Assembly: GCF_002113885.1 (NCBI RefSeq)
Contig: NW_018405126.1
Coordinates: 84,867 to 148,866, forward strand
Direction of reading: 5' to 3'
DNA: 64,000 nt
DNA from: Mizuhopecten yessoensis
Taxonomy: Eukaryota
Shown: piece after piece, positions 52,801 to 64,000 of the stretch
Layout: every line of letters starts with the position of its first letter
How positions within the stretch are numbered: the first letter of the stretch is position 1
Translations under genes and position numbers: made by a program
Notes under the pieces: generated by a model
What the model was told of the DNA's origin: nothing
The model's database searches: none
Seen by the model: only the letters and a program-made list of their open reading frames with translations

Positions 52801-53529
52801 GATACCGGTTACTGCTCCACCAAGATTGCCAAAAACACACAAAATACAACGGACCACGTGCAAGAAAATGTTACTTGGGGCGAACCTTCATACAGTATGA
52901 AAGAACCGGTACAAGGGGAGAACACGTTTCTTATTGTTAATACGCAAAACTCAGCTTCAGAACCCACAACTATAAAAGAAACTGCAGCATCAGTGTTGCC
53001 ACGGACGACTGCCGTGGATGGTCACTCTTCCACTTCAAGGGGATCGATAGGAAGTTCTAGTACCGCTGCCGGTCAACAGTTATCTCTGTTATCAAGTAAA
53101 GCTAGTGACGATCTTATTGATCTAGACAGCGATATTGGTGGTGCTTCAACGATATATTCAAGAAATCAAAATGATTCAGAACTAAAAGATTTTAATGCAA
53201 CCACGTCAATACCAACCTTAACAAATTCATCACCTGCGTCTCGTTATAGCACTGTATTACACAGGTCTAACAGAGATACCATTATAGTTGAAAGGTGCCA
53301 ACAACGCAAATGTCGTTCTATGGATTCAGCTTGTGATGAAGACTATGCTTTTCACGCACCTGCCCGTAGGATGCAGCAGTCGGCAGATTCTCGAACTTTG
53401 CATTATTCGGATAGCCAGGTGGATTCGTATTTAGAACAATCTTCTTGTCCGGACATGTTCATTAAACACATGGAAGACAAACACTCCTCTTGTACATGTA
53501 CGGATTGTTCCTCTATACAATCGCTGTAG
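46865..53529 (+). CDS. TNF receptor superfamily member (signal peptide, about 5 cysteine-rich domains, single TM, long Ser/Thr-rich tail with no evident death domain), 715 aa
   Basis: Exons 46865-46918 (MFITVMIVICTYTVPFGQ, donor CAG|GTAAGT), 49754-50288, 50699-50875, 52148-53529; phases 0,1,1 consistent; 2148 nt. TNFR-type motifs CSPCSQCPAG..C...DTRC, CKRCSICPPG..C..DTLC and CRACTFC..EC...NTKC. TM VLIAVFVIMVAVLIGISISVGFCCI followed by RKRRRRK. Exon 1 assignment is inferred. Confidence 0.88.
49074..49550 (+). mobile_element. tRNA-derived SINE with L2/CR1-like 3' tail (TNFR intron 1)
   Basis: A box TGGTCAAGTGG, B box GGTTCGATCC, 3' GTAAAGCGCTTTAGAG...GGGCGCTTTATCAAAT stem-loop tail. Confidence 0.65.
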
Positions 53530-55120
53530 TAGGTTTTCACTAGTCATTACAGTTTCTACAAGTATTACGCAGTAAACTATAAATGTACAAGGAATGCTAT
53601 TTGAGCTCCTGGTTTCGCCTCGATCCAAATTTGATGTATTCTAGATGGGCAGCTACTGATTGTATATGCCCTTCATTTTTTTGGACTGGTCGTTTGTCGT
53701 ATGGGAAGAGTCCATCCGTTCGTTTGTCCACAATTTAGAGCCAAAAAATGTTTTAGTTTATTTAAATATCATTCGATTTTTATATATCATGGTAAGCATG
53801 TACACTGAAAAAGCCAGAGACGAAATAAGCAAAATATGTGCATAATTTATTAACATACTACACTCCAGTTGGTCGAGAGTTCCTATGAAACTTATATTAT
53901 ATCTTATGAATATTTATACTATAAAAAGTCAAAGAATATAGTAAATGCTGGAAAAACTATGCGTATATATATTTAGCTTACCTAGCCCTGATTCGTTAAA
54001 ATTATTTGCTAAATAACGTAATCAAACATAATCGGCTCTCATTAATCTAAGTCATTATTTATATGAAACACTGACAAAGGCTTAATACCAAGTCAAGAAA
54101 CCTGTGCTTAATTGATTATTATACTGCGCTCTTATTTGTCGAAAGTTTTCGAACAAGGATTTTGATGAAACTTGGTCAATTTGTAAAAGGCAAAGTTTAA
54201 ATTAAAAGCGTAAGCTGCTATGATAAGTAAGAAGCACTTTACAATATATATGGTAATGACAGGTCACGATGAGTGGATTATGAGCAAAAGAATGCAATAC
54301 CATTTCTATTTTATGTTTTGAAATGAAGGTCATTTAATCAATTTACATACATTTTTGAAGGTATTAAAGAAAATATAATATACGGACATTTACCCTGAAT
54401 TAAGTTGCTAAAGGACAATAGGTTTTCTCCTTTTATCATATCGCAGAAATAATTCATTTTTACAGAGTTATGCAGTACACATGTAGTTTCTTATATATAC
54501 ATTCCCATGTTTCCATAATTTTGTACAATAATGCACCAGAGGGATTTAAAGTATGTCAATTTGGCATAGGACGGACATGTATTGTTCCTCCCCTTGTTAT
54601 CGGGGTTAATTTTGGATTTGTGTGTTAACGTTGTGCCATATTTTGTTTTAGTCAATAGTCTTTGGCTAGATTGTCTTTGTCAAATTTGATACATTATTTT
54701 GTGTAAAAGGTCGGACAGTTCTTAAATTATTTAGATAGCTTTTTTTAACTTTTATATTGTACACGGGATGTAAAACATTAATGTGAACTGTTAGATTGTA
54801 TAATGACAATAATGCGACAATCAAGTAATAAAATAACCCCTAAATTATGGATTGAAGTAATCCTGTGTATTATTCATAGAAGCTATACTATATAGGTATG
54901 TGGAATATGGATATTCTGCATATACTGATGGTAGAACAGCAACACCCTTCTTCAATTTCATTTGAATGATTTACTTTTGATTCTCTCGAAACATTCAACA
55001 ATGCCATTGCAAATGAAACAGTAGGTATAGGCTTTCTAGACAAGGTACAAATCATTAGAGCATAAAAGTGTGATACATCACTTATTTTTAAATAATCAGA
55101 ATGAGATTCATCAGTTTGGT

Positions 55121-55283
55121 TTGAACACAAACATTAATTGAAAACTTATTTTGCGAGCCTTCGAAGTGGAATTGCTTTCAGCGATTTAGAGTCGAGACAC
55201 CGGTCATTTGCGTCTTTGCTTGACAAATGAAACGGATGTTTTCGAAAGCTCGAAAAATAAGTTTTCAATAACTGTTTGGGTCA
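55121..55283. mobile_element. Small foldback/MITE remnant
   Basis: ATTGAAAACTTATTTT.CGAGC.TTCGAA mirrored by TTCGAAAGCTCGAAAAATAAGTTTTCAAT. Confidence 0.5.
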
Positions 55284-55882
55284 AAACTAACTCAGCATAT
55301 ACCTTTCTATAATCATACTATAAAAACCTCTGTTATGGAATGAGTAGTGAATCGGGAACAGCATCGACTGTTTTTTTTTTTTGTATGAATAGGCCTCGTC
55401 TTTATTTTCATCTAGCACTTGAATCATATCTAGATTTACATTTTACATTGTTGATCTACAGTTTTTCAATATTTGGCGTTGTGGCGTAGCAGTTCAAACT
55501 GAACAGACCACTAAACTGCCATTTATGTTATGTGTAGCGTTTGTTAGCTACACTAAGAACAACTCACAATGGTAGAATTAATATTTTTCCCTCCAAATTT
55601 ATATTTCCCCAGACATATTTTTCAGGAATTTGTATATATCTATATTTCTAGCAAGAATTGGTATATATACATAAATATTTTTATAGGAACTGCTAGGGTT
55701 AAGGAGCCCTGGGGTCTGACCCCGAACAGTAGTGTGTCCTCACACAAGAGGGCGTTCATTCAACATTCATCTTTCACTCTCTTTCTGAATTTAGTTTATT
55801 TGTAGTGAGTAAAAAAGGAGGGCTATACGGAGGGTGGTGGGGAATAACACATTTGCAAATGTTAAGTGATAGTATAGAAATT

Positions 55883-56065
55883 ATTTAATGACATTTGTAT
55901 TGTAAGACACTGGACCTATAGTATAAGTAATATTTAATGACAGTTGTAATGTTAGACACTGGACCTATAGTATAAGTATTATTTAATGACAGTTGTACTG
56001 TTAGACACTGGACCTATAGTATAAGTATTATTTAATGACAGTTGTACTGTTAGACACTGGACCTA
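55883..56065. repeat. 49-bp tandem repeat, about 3.7 copies
   Basis: ATTTAATGACA recurs at 55883, 55932, 55981 and 56030. Confidence 0.9.
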
Positions 56066-56160
56066 TTAAGAGTTGACACTTTTACACAATAAAACTCTGT
56101 TGTTTCGTTAGATACAATGTTGTTAAAAAGGAAGCATCACTATTGAAATAAGCTGGTACC

Positions 56161-57011
56161 ATAACTTTAATACCGATATATATTAAGTGTTCTGAGCCAT
56201 GATACGACCATTGTTTTGGTAAACCGTTCATGGTTATACAGACAGTTGTATGAGAACGTGTTCAATCTTATTTAAGTAAATTCTTAATGCAAAATTAGAC
56301 CCTCTATACGATCGAGGTCATGTCAATGCTACACGCGTTCTATTACCTGTTATTCGTTGTTGGTTTGAATGACATTTATTATCTGGATATTAAATACTTC
56401 CTGGTCGTAATCCAAAGATCTTTAAGTATTTAATGTGTGTATGCAAGACTGATGTATAAACGATTCCAAAGTTTATTACCAACTATAACGTTACTGTAGC
56501 ATATACATATTACCAATTACTTAGCAGGGTCTGTTTTGGTGATTCGTCGTAAACAGTTGTGAAATATTGTGTATACATGTTTGTTAAGCGTGGGAGACCC
56601 CAAAACCTATTCAACCTCAAAGTATCCTATTCAATGAAACAAATACCATTATTTTGGAATTACGTAACATGAGAAACGCCCAATCTTTAACTTGTTTATA
56701 TTTATTGCAGGGACAACATCATTAACATTATATCACATTAATTTTAGAAATAGAAAAATGTGTTTTCCAAGGAATATTTAATATCCAGATAATTAATGTC
56801 ATTCAAACCAACAACGAATAACAGGTAATAGAACGCGTGTAGCATTGACATGACCTCGATCGTATAGAGGGTCTAATTTTGCATTAAGAATTTACTTAAA
56901 TAAGATTGAACACGTTCTCATACAACTGTCTGTATAACCATGAACGGTTTACCAAGCAAAATGTTCGTATCATGACTCAGAACACTTAATATATATCGGT
57001 ATTAAAGTTAT
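56161..57011. repeat. About 245-bp near-perfect inverted repeat with about 360-bp spacer
   Basis: 56161-56404 is the reverse complement of 56767-57011 with few mismatches; no TSD seen. Confidence 0.9.
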
Positions 57012-58164
57012 CATCAGGTTTAAAAATTATAATTTTTTATTATGGATTCGTTGAAGTTTCTTTTTATAATAGCGATATGTATATGAATTATGTCACTGCT
57101 GATACAACCTTGAACGATCTGGACACGATGTGTGTTGTATACACATAGCCGTAGTTATTTATGTAAAACATTTACATCATGTTAAACACCTTAAGTATCG
57201 GTTTGACAATGGGACCGCTGACCACCTGTATCAATATTGACACTACTTTACGTCTTTTGGTTATAGGGACCACATGTATTGTTCTACATTGTAGTAAATT
57301 CTCTTACGGCACTACGATCAATTGTCTGACTTAAAAACAACATACATTCAATACCGTCAATGATAGCCCTAGGGCATACTCAGTCAAACTTAGGCCTTCG
57401 TAAGTTAATAAATAGGTTTTTCTTCTTCCTGAAATGATTTTTTTTTCACGTGGTGTTTTAGAACAGCTGTGTATATGACGTGCATGATCTGGGCTTTCGT
57501 TCGTGTGATTTGTTTCAAAATTGCAACTCATTGTGTCAAGCCTTTTATCTTAGTTTTTGGCATTTTCTCGGTTTCTTTTCTGATAAACCGTTTGCGAAGT
57601 TTTGTTACAGTGTGGTCCTGTGTGACCTCATTGTTTTGATAGATCGTAAGTACTTTATTAAATAAAACAATATACAAAGTAGGACGTTGATAATTTTTAT
57701 TCTTTTTTTGAAATAACATGAAAGTCAAGTAACAGATAACAGAGTTGTAGATGAAAAACCACACGACATTTAAAAATCTGACTGGTGTACTAGTACCTTG
57801 TATAAACTAAGAGGACATGAAACTCAGAAAACATTGTCAAGCCCTTATAATAGTATTCGAACATCACTCTAGGGTATTTGAATATTACTCTGTTGTCATC
57901 TGTAAATCGTTAATGCACATGCTTGAATGCAGTGCGAAGACATGCATGTCTCCGGTGTCCCATAGCAGTATCACATTCACGCTCTTTTTCCATTCATATT
58001 TAAAGATAGGAGGATACATGTTTGTAAAAGAGTGCCCTTTTGATTTAAAGATGTAGCTACTTCATGACGGATCTGGATTATGTGTTCTATCATCAATACA
58101 AAAAAAGTCAGGTTTGAAAGGCTTGAAGGCCATCGCTTTATACAGAGACAAAACAAACCTTCTT

Positions 58165-59664
58165 ATGACCAGCATGTCGAATAACAACGTATCCGATGTA
58201 AGCGCATTAACAACAGTGAGCGGGTCCTTCTATAGATGGCTCGAGAATGATGTGGTGGACAATGTAGCAGGTGTTTTCATGTTGATTATTTTCTTAATCG
58301 GAATGGTGCTTAACATTCTCGTTATACGTGAGCTCGTCTCAAACAAGCACAAGACCATGACAAGCAAACCTGTTTTTGTTCAGTTAATTGTGATAGATTT
58401 TGTTGCCTATTTGCTGATAATTTTGCCTGGGATTGTAGCATCTTTTGACGATTCGTTGATATTTCCTGATGGGTTTTGTGTGATAAATGGACTATCTGTG
58501 TCTATGTGTCGGCTGGCATCTTTCCTCTTCATGGCAGTTCTCTGCTGCGAGAGAACGACACAACTATGGAAACCAAGAGTCCACGAACACGTTTTTGAGA
58601 AAAGGAAATTCAGTGTTGCTATTGTTGCGCTCGTGTGGTTAGTGAGCGCCACATTATCTGCTCTCCCACTTACCGGTTACGGAAAGGTGGAATATATCCC
58701 ACTTCAACAGCGCTGCCACCTACACGGCAGTAACCAGCTACATATGCATCTTCTCTTTGCGTTTGGCATATACACTCCGGCCATTATAGTATGCATTTGT
58801 GCGATCTTCACGTATGCTCGCAAACGACAAATCATTTTAACTTTATCGAAATTAAACAAACAAGTCGAGAGTATCAATATGAAACTCGCTAAAAGGAATG
58901 ACGAAAATAAAACCATGTCAGCATCAGGACGATATGATAACGCACAAACTGATTTAAGTGTTAGTGAAATGATTGACGGGGCTTCAAATGATGTTTGCAG
59001 TACTATTACACAATCGGTGCCATTCCGCATGGATACATCCGCATCGAGCAAGCACTATAGAGCGATATCAGATGTAATCAACCATATCCCAACTGATACT
59101 GCTTCAAGTGACGTCACTACGGACATCGAAGATGGAGACAGTCAGGTCACTGTTAGAGAGTCAATAACATCAAGACCTGAAAATGACGCGAACATAGAAA
59201 TAATATCTGGTGGTATAACCAGGAATAAAACAAAATTGTCGAAGGTCAAGGTGATGTTCAACGTTTACCAGTCCTCCACAGAGGAAAGGGATGTAACTCT
59301 AGCCGTAAGTTATATTCTAATGTATCTGGTGGTGCTAGGTACGTGGCTGCCGTATGTGGCCCTGTCATATGTGGATGGCGACGAGGATACTGTGTGGGGA
59401 GGCTGGTTCTCACTCGTCGTGCTGGTATCCGACATTTCCTACTGTATCAAGCCAGTTGTCTACCTTAGTCACAACAGTGTCCTAAAGATGGCAGCCGTGG
59501 AGTCCTTTCCGGAGTCTGTGAGAAACAGAGCAGCAAAGGCACAAGCGGCACTGAGGAAAATCACAAAGAAACTCGACAGCTTAGTCTTTATCCAGATTCC
59601 TGACACCAAATCATTATTAGATATAAAAGGGGATAGGGTACGTGTGTCCCCGACAAGTTTATAA
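58165..59664 (+). CDS. Intronless orphan class A (rhodopsin-like) GPCR, about 499 aa
   Basis: First in-frame ATG at 58165 in the 58114-59664 ORF. Seven hydrophobic segments; TM1 GMVLN, TM2 LIVIDF, TM3 FC...CCERT, TM4 W..S...SALPL.GYG, ECL2 Cys, TM6 WLPY, TM7 CIKPVVY; N-terminal NVS sequon; ICL3 about 150 aa. Confidence 0.9.
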   Translation: MTSMSNNNVSDVSALTTVSGSFYRWLENDVVDNVAGVFMLIIFLIGMVLNILVIRELVSNKHKTMTSKPVFVQLIVIDFVAYLLIILPGIVASFDDSLIFPDGFCVINGLSVSMCRLASFLFMAVLCCERTTQLWKPRVHEHVFEKRKFSVAIVALVWLVSATLSALPLTGYGKVEYIPLQQRCHLHGSNQLHMHLLFAFGIYTPAIIVCICAIFTYARKRQIILTLSKLNKQVESINMKLAKRNDENKTMSASGRYDNAQTDLSVSEMIDGASNDVCSTITQSVPFRMDTSASSKHYRAISDVINHIPTDTASSDVTTDIEDGDSQVTVRESITSRPENDANIEIISGGITRNKTKLSKVKVMFNVYQSSTEERDVTLAVSYILMYLVVLGTWLPYVALSYVDGDEDTVWGGWFSLVVLVSDISYCIKPVVYLSHNSVLKMAAVESFPESVRNRAAKAQAALRKITKKLDSLVFIQIPDTKSLLDIKGDRVRVSPTSL

Positions 59665-59789
59665 AGAGAGTGATACGGAACGTGTGCCGCTACGTTACGT
59701 AAAAAGAAGAATAAAGGACGTGTTATTGAAACTGGACAACATTAAATCACCTCAAATATTTACTCTGTGCTTCTTTATCCTTTCAGTAT

Positions 59790-60110
59790 ATAATAAAAAG
59801 ACGAGTAATAAAGTGTTTCCGCTACAAATAATACAGAAAGGAGTAATGGAGTGTGCCCGCTACATAAAATAAAAACTGGAGTATGTTAGTGTGCCCTATA
59901 CGTACTGTAAAGGTGGAGTAATGAAGTGTTCCCGCTACGTTTAGTAACAAAAAGGAGTAACGAAATGTACCTGTACAAAGTGAGTCCGCTATATGTAATG
60001 GATAGAGGAGTAACGAAATGTGCCCGTTACAAATAATAAAAAGAGGAGTAACGAAGTGTGTCCGCTACAAATGATAAAGAATGGCCAAAAGAAGTGTGTT
60101 TCACGAATAA
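59790..60110. repeat. Degenerate about 38-bp tandem repeat in the GPCR 3' region
   Basis: Recurrent GAGTAA.GAAGTGT.CCCGCTACAAATAATAAAA-like units. Confidence 0.65.
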
Positions 60111-60319
60111 GAAAGGGATGACTAGCGAAGTAAAAATGGTTTCCTTGTATACATTGGGACAGACGATGATGCTTCCGTAAATTTTAATCCTTTTAATGAT
60201 ATCACTAAGGTTAGGGGATCGCTAGTTTATACGTATTAAGAACATACCGAGTTAATAAACATATTCTAAGTAATGATTTATATATTGAATATATTTTGAG
60301 TAGATAATATAAACACTCG

Positions 60320-60870
60320 TTAGCTAGCTTTATCTCTGGAACTTTACTATAAAGTAGCATCATGTCTAGACCTTTATCATCAGCTAGCTTTAGGTCTGGA
60401 AGTTAACCGTTTGCTAGCTTTAGATCTAGACCTTTATCATTATTAGCTAGCTTTAGGTCTTGAACGTTACCATTAGCTAGGTTTAAATCTAGAAATTTAC
60501 CATCAGTAGCTAGCTTTAGGTCTGGAACGTTACCGTTAGCTAGCTTTAGATCTAGTCCTTTATCATCATAAGCTAGCTTTAGGTCTGGAACGTTACCGTT
60601 AGCTGGCTTTAGGTCTAGACCTTTATCATCAATAGCTAACTGTAGGTCTGGACCTTTACCATTAGCTAGTTTTAAATAAAATCCTTTATCATCAATAGCT
60701 AGCTTTATGTCTGGACACTTATCATTAGCTGGCTTTAGATCTAAACCTTTATCACCATTAGCTAGGTTTTAATCTGTACATTTATCCTCATTAATAAGCT
60801 TTAGGTCTTGACCTTAACCATTAGCTGGCTTTAGGTATTGAGTTTTACCGATAGCTATTACCGTTAGCTA
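60320..60870. repeat. About 30-bp minisatellite with alternating dimer structure
   Basis: TAGCTAGCTTTAGGTCTGGAACGTTACCGT alternates with TAGCTAGCTTTAGATCTAGACCTTTATCATCA. Confidence 0.85.
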
Positions 60871-61042
60871 TTTATACCAGCAGATGTTGAAGTAAAACTC
60901 CACTGGCTGAAAGGAAATGAAACTATTGTAATACTTATGTAATAGAAGATAAATTACATTTTCTCCTTTAATGGTCAGCTTATTCAGATGTACGTGATGT
61001 TCTTTATAGATATGGAAAGCATAGAAATGTTGTTTATATATA

Positions 61043-61685
61043 TTTGTTTGGTTTGGTTTAATTTTGTTTAACGTCCTGTTAACAACTAAGATCATTTAAG
61101 GACGTGCCTCCATGTGTGTAGTGTATTGGTGCTTGCGTGTGTGCATGCAGGAGACAGTGTATGTTGGTGTGCTTGCCTCCTTGTGATAGCGCGGATCTGG
61201 TGCGACTTTATAGTGCTATCTCATTGAAATACCATGCCGACGGCACCCAGCAAAGCATTCCGCCCAGTCACATTATACTGAACACGGATGTACCAGTTGT
61301 TGCGATTTCCCTAAATGCTGAACATAAAGAAGGATATAACAACTACCGTTTTTAAGGATTTTGGTATGTCCAAGCCTGGGGACAGAACCCATTGCCTTCC
61401 TCACGTGGGCGAACGCTCAGCATTAATGCCAAAAGTGAGGTGTTGCCAAGAAAGGCGCTAGGAAATAAAAGGTAGTTAGAAGTAAAAAGAAAGAAAGATG
61501 AAGATCCCGAATATTGCAATGGGTGCAGCATATTTATTTTGATCGCTTTTGTGTCCCCAAATAGTGAACTCCAAAGCGAACCCTTAATTCTGCAGGTGGT
61601 TCCCCATTAGTCGCCTCCTATGATACACGCAGTTGGTAACAGCAGGTGTATTCTTCCCCCCCCCCCCCCCCCACCTGCAGGGGAG
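61043..61685 (-). mobile_element. Composite SINE (Meta-type body, (CAAAC)n tail, 5' extension)
   Basis: Tail is the reverse complement of the 40671 SINE tail; degenerate tRNA head near 61370-61430; upstream stem-loop CTGCAGGTGG/CCACCTGCAG at 61590-61680. Extent beyond 61450 is uncertain. Confidence 0.55.
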
Positions 61686-64000
61686 GTTTATGGATATGAA
61701 CGGAGAAGAAAATCTTAGGTTTCTGATGAATGAGCAAGGCCTGCAGCTAAAAGTAGCTAAATGTATATATTCCAAAATCATAGCCGAAGGTTACTTAGTA
61801 TCCAACTGTTCTTTTTAAAGGTCATTGTTTTATATTGTATTAACATGCGAAACTGAAACATACTATCATATCGATACCAACATAAAGTATATTTTCCTTC
61901 AGATTTTGTTGTATGGCATTTTATGATCTACTTGAATGACACAGCTTTGCGCGCTAGCTATTTTATGTTGTAATAAAAGTATTTTAACAATTATTTTCTC
62001 GATTCTGTTTTACACATTTACGTTGTATATTGCAGTTCCGGTCTGTGTGGTATGAACACGATACTAATTGTGTTTCGTGGTGCATGACATTTAAAGTCCC
62101 ATCAACGACACAGCTTTCAAATAGATTATATAGTGACAATGCCATGCACATGTAAATATTGTGTTTAAATGGCACATGATTATCACCAGTTTGTAAAAGC
62201 TGTAAGTGTGTATAGTATTCAAAATGTCACTCGATTGATGTGTTTCATAACCCAAACTTCCTTATAGAACGTAATAGAGCCTATCACAACATAACAGTAA
62301 ACAATACAACAAACTATGTTTAAGTGGGTGCATCCACGTTTACATGAATCTCTTTTCTATGGGTCGGTTAAACAGTCAGTATTTGTAGTCACATATCCCC
62401 ATGTTTTAGTAAATGCCTATAGACCTTTTGTCCGTTGGTTCGTGGAATCACTAACGTGGACTTCCACGAAAAATGATAAACGATCGCACATGAAGTTTGC
62501 TAAAGCAAAGTATTGACATACTGATAATAGTATGATTTAAAGTAGGTTTGGTAATATTTCATGTTCTGTGGTAGGTAATTATCTGCATGTATACACACAT
62601 ACTAGTAGTTTACGATATAAAGTATATAATTGTCTATTTTAAGTGGTCGTAGATAAATATCTGTATTAAAAGAATCGATATATAATTGTAGTTTTAATAG
62701 TAAAATTATTGAATGTATTTTTAGTATCATAAGATCGAAAGATCCCGTATATGGAAAGCTTGGGCTATTTAAGTACAATAAATATCTAGTAATCCTCTCG
62801 TAATTCAACTCTAAATCAAGGTTACTGTAAGGACTAGCTATCTCAGGTTTTAAAATAAAATAAGACGATATATAGATGTGGGTTAAAATCATTTTATTCT
62901 ATTGAGGTCAACAGTTGTGCTATACTTTGATTCTATTGTGAGAGACTCATGCTAACTTACACGACGAAGCTGGTGTCTGAATGTAGCATATTATGTACGA
63001 GCAGGTAAACACTCTTTAAGATGTCCTGGCTAACTAACAGCCTACTTAAAAAGAGGGTTTTTCCTCCTCTACAGTTGCAATAGGCCATCTTTGACCACCG
63101 TACAACCTTCGTAGTTCAAGAATAGTTAATTCCAATAAATAAATTTAAAATTTGTCCGTATTGAAACATTTCCCGACGTATCAGGCCCTTACAAAATTGT
63201 CTTCAATCTTTTTTCTCACGGCTCTAGTCGCCGACCATATATATTTATTTCGTAAGCGTGAAACAGTCTGACATTACCTATTGTTTCGATGTGCAGATAA
63301 ACTATTGACAACATTTTTGTTTTAAGTATATAGCTCAATGTATCGAAAAAGGGAGATTACTCGCTTACTTTTTGTTATATCAACCATGCAACAAAAATGC
63401 AAATTGTTGTGTCCCCTTTATTGCTATTGTCGATAGTAAAAATACACATGTAAGTAATTGCGATTTTTTTGTGTACTGTGTATATTTATTATCATATGCA
63501 ACATTTCCCTTCAAAAAGTGTTTATGGAATGTCTGCAAATCCTAACATGATACGATGTATATAAATGTTATACTGGGTTGTGTATTTGACCTCACAGCTC
63601 TGTATATGTGTTTTTAAACTAGGTAATCCCTTTTGAGCTCGTACTATGATCCTCTTATCGATATCGACTCGCACAAGGGTCAGACACAGCGAGCATTATA
63701 TAAATATAAATACATATTGTATAGTACCAAACACACACATCGTATAGTATTAAAACACATATTGATATTGTGGTATAACACATCAGAAAGATGATTGACA
63801 ATTTTGTTTTCATCAGGCGCATGTGTTCAACTAGTTAACGACCACCTAAATGTGATTTTTTCCCACAAAGCATCACTTTGTTGACACACACGATGTCGCC
63901 TAGTTGGTGTGTTGGTTGCACACTTGTGTTTTATCAGTAGGTTTCAGTATTAATAACCTGATTTATGATGGTGATCAATACTTCTACGGTAGATTAGATT

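Noticed and set aside
58165-59664. Opsin assignment for the GPCR
   Set aside because: The TM7 lysine is at 7.49, not the retinal-binding 7.43 position, which is Asp.

Overview
Eukaryotic, AT-rich, intron-containing genomic DNA. The repeat complement (Helentron/HINE-type elements carrying tandem arrays, tRNA-derived V/Meta-type SINEs, short MITEs) suggests a bivalve mollusc (inference). Four protein-coding genes were assembled by hand from GT-AG splice sites and reading-frame continuity: a 9-exon USP12/USP46 deubiquitinase (minus, 351 aa), a head-to-head RPL21 (plus, 160 aa) whose first intron holds a SNORD30/U30-like box C/D snoRNA, a 4-exon TNF-receptor-family gene with no evident death domain (plus, 715 aa), and an intronless orphan class A GPCR with altered motifs (plus, about 499 aa). 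A CARD-like relic lies near 1.2 kb. Most long ORFs in the supplied track are artefacts of minisatellites. Least expected observations: (1) tiny CACGG...CCGTG palindromes between 7-bp direct repeats, resembling P-element-type excision footprints and clustered around the USP46/RPL21 promoters; (2) a cassette in which inverted arms bearing a Penelope-type minimal hammerhead ribozyme enclose a tRNA-like head, with a second partial copy next to the TNFR first coding exon. All coordinates were read by eye; repeat boundaries are approximate and no database searches were run.
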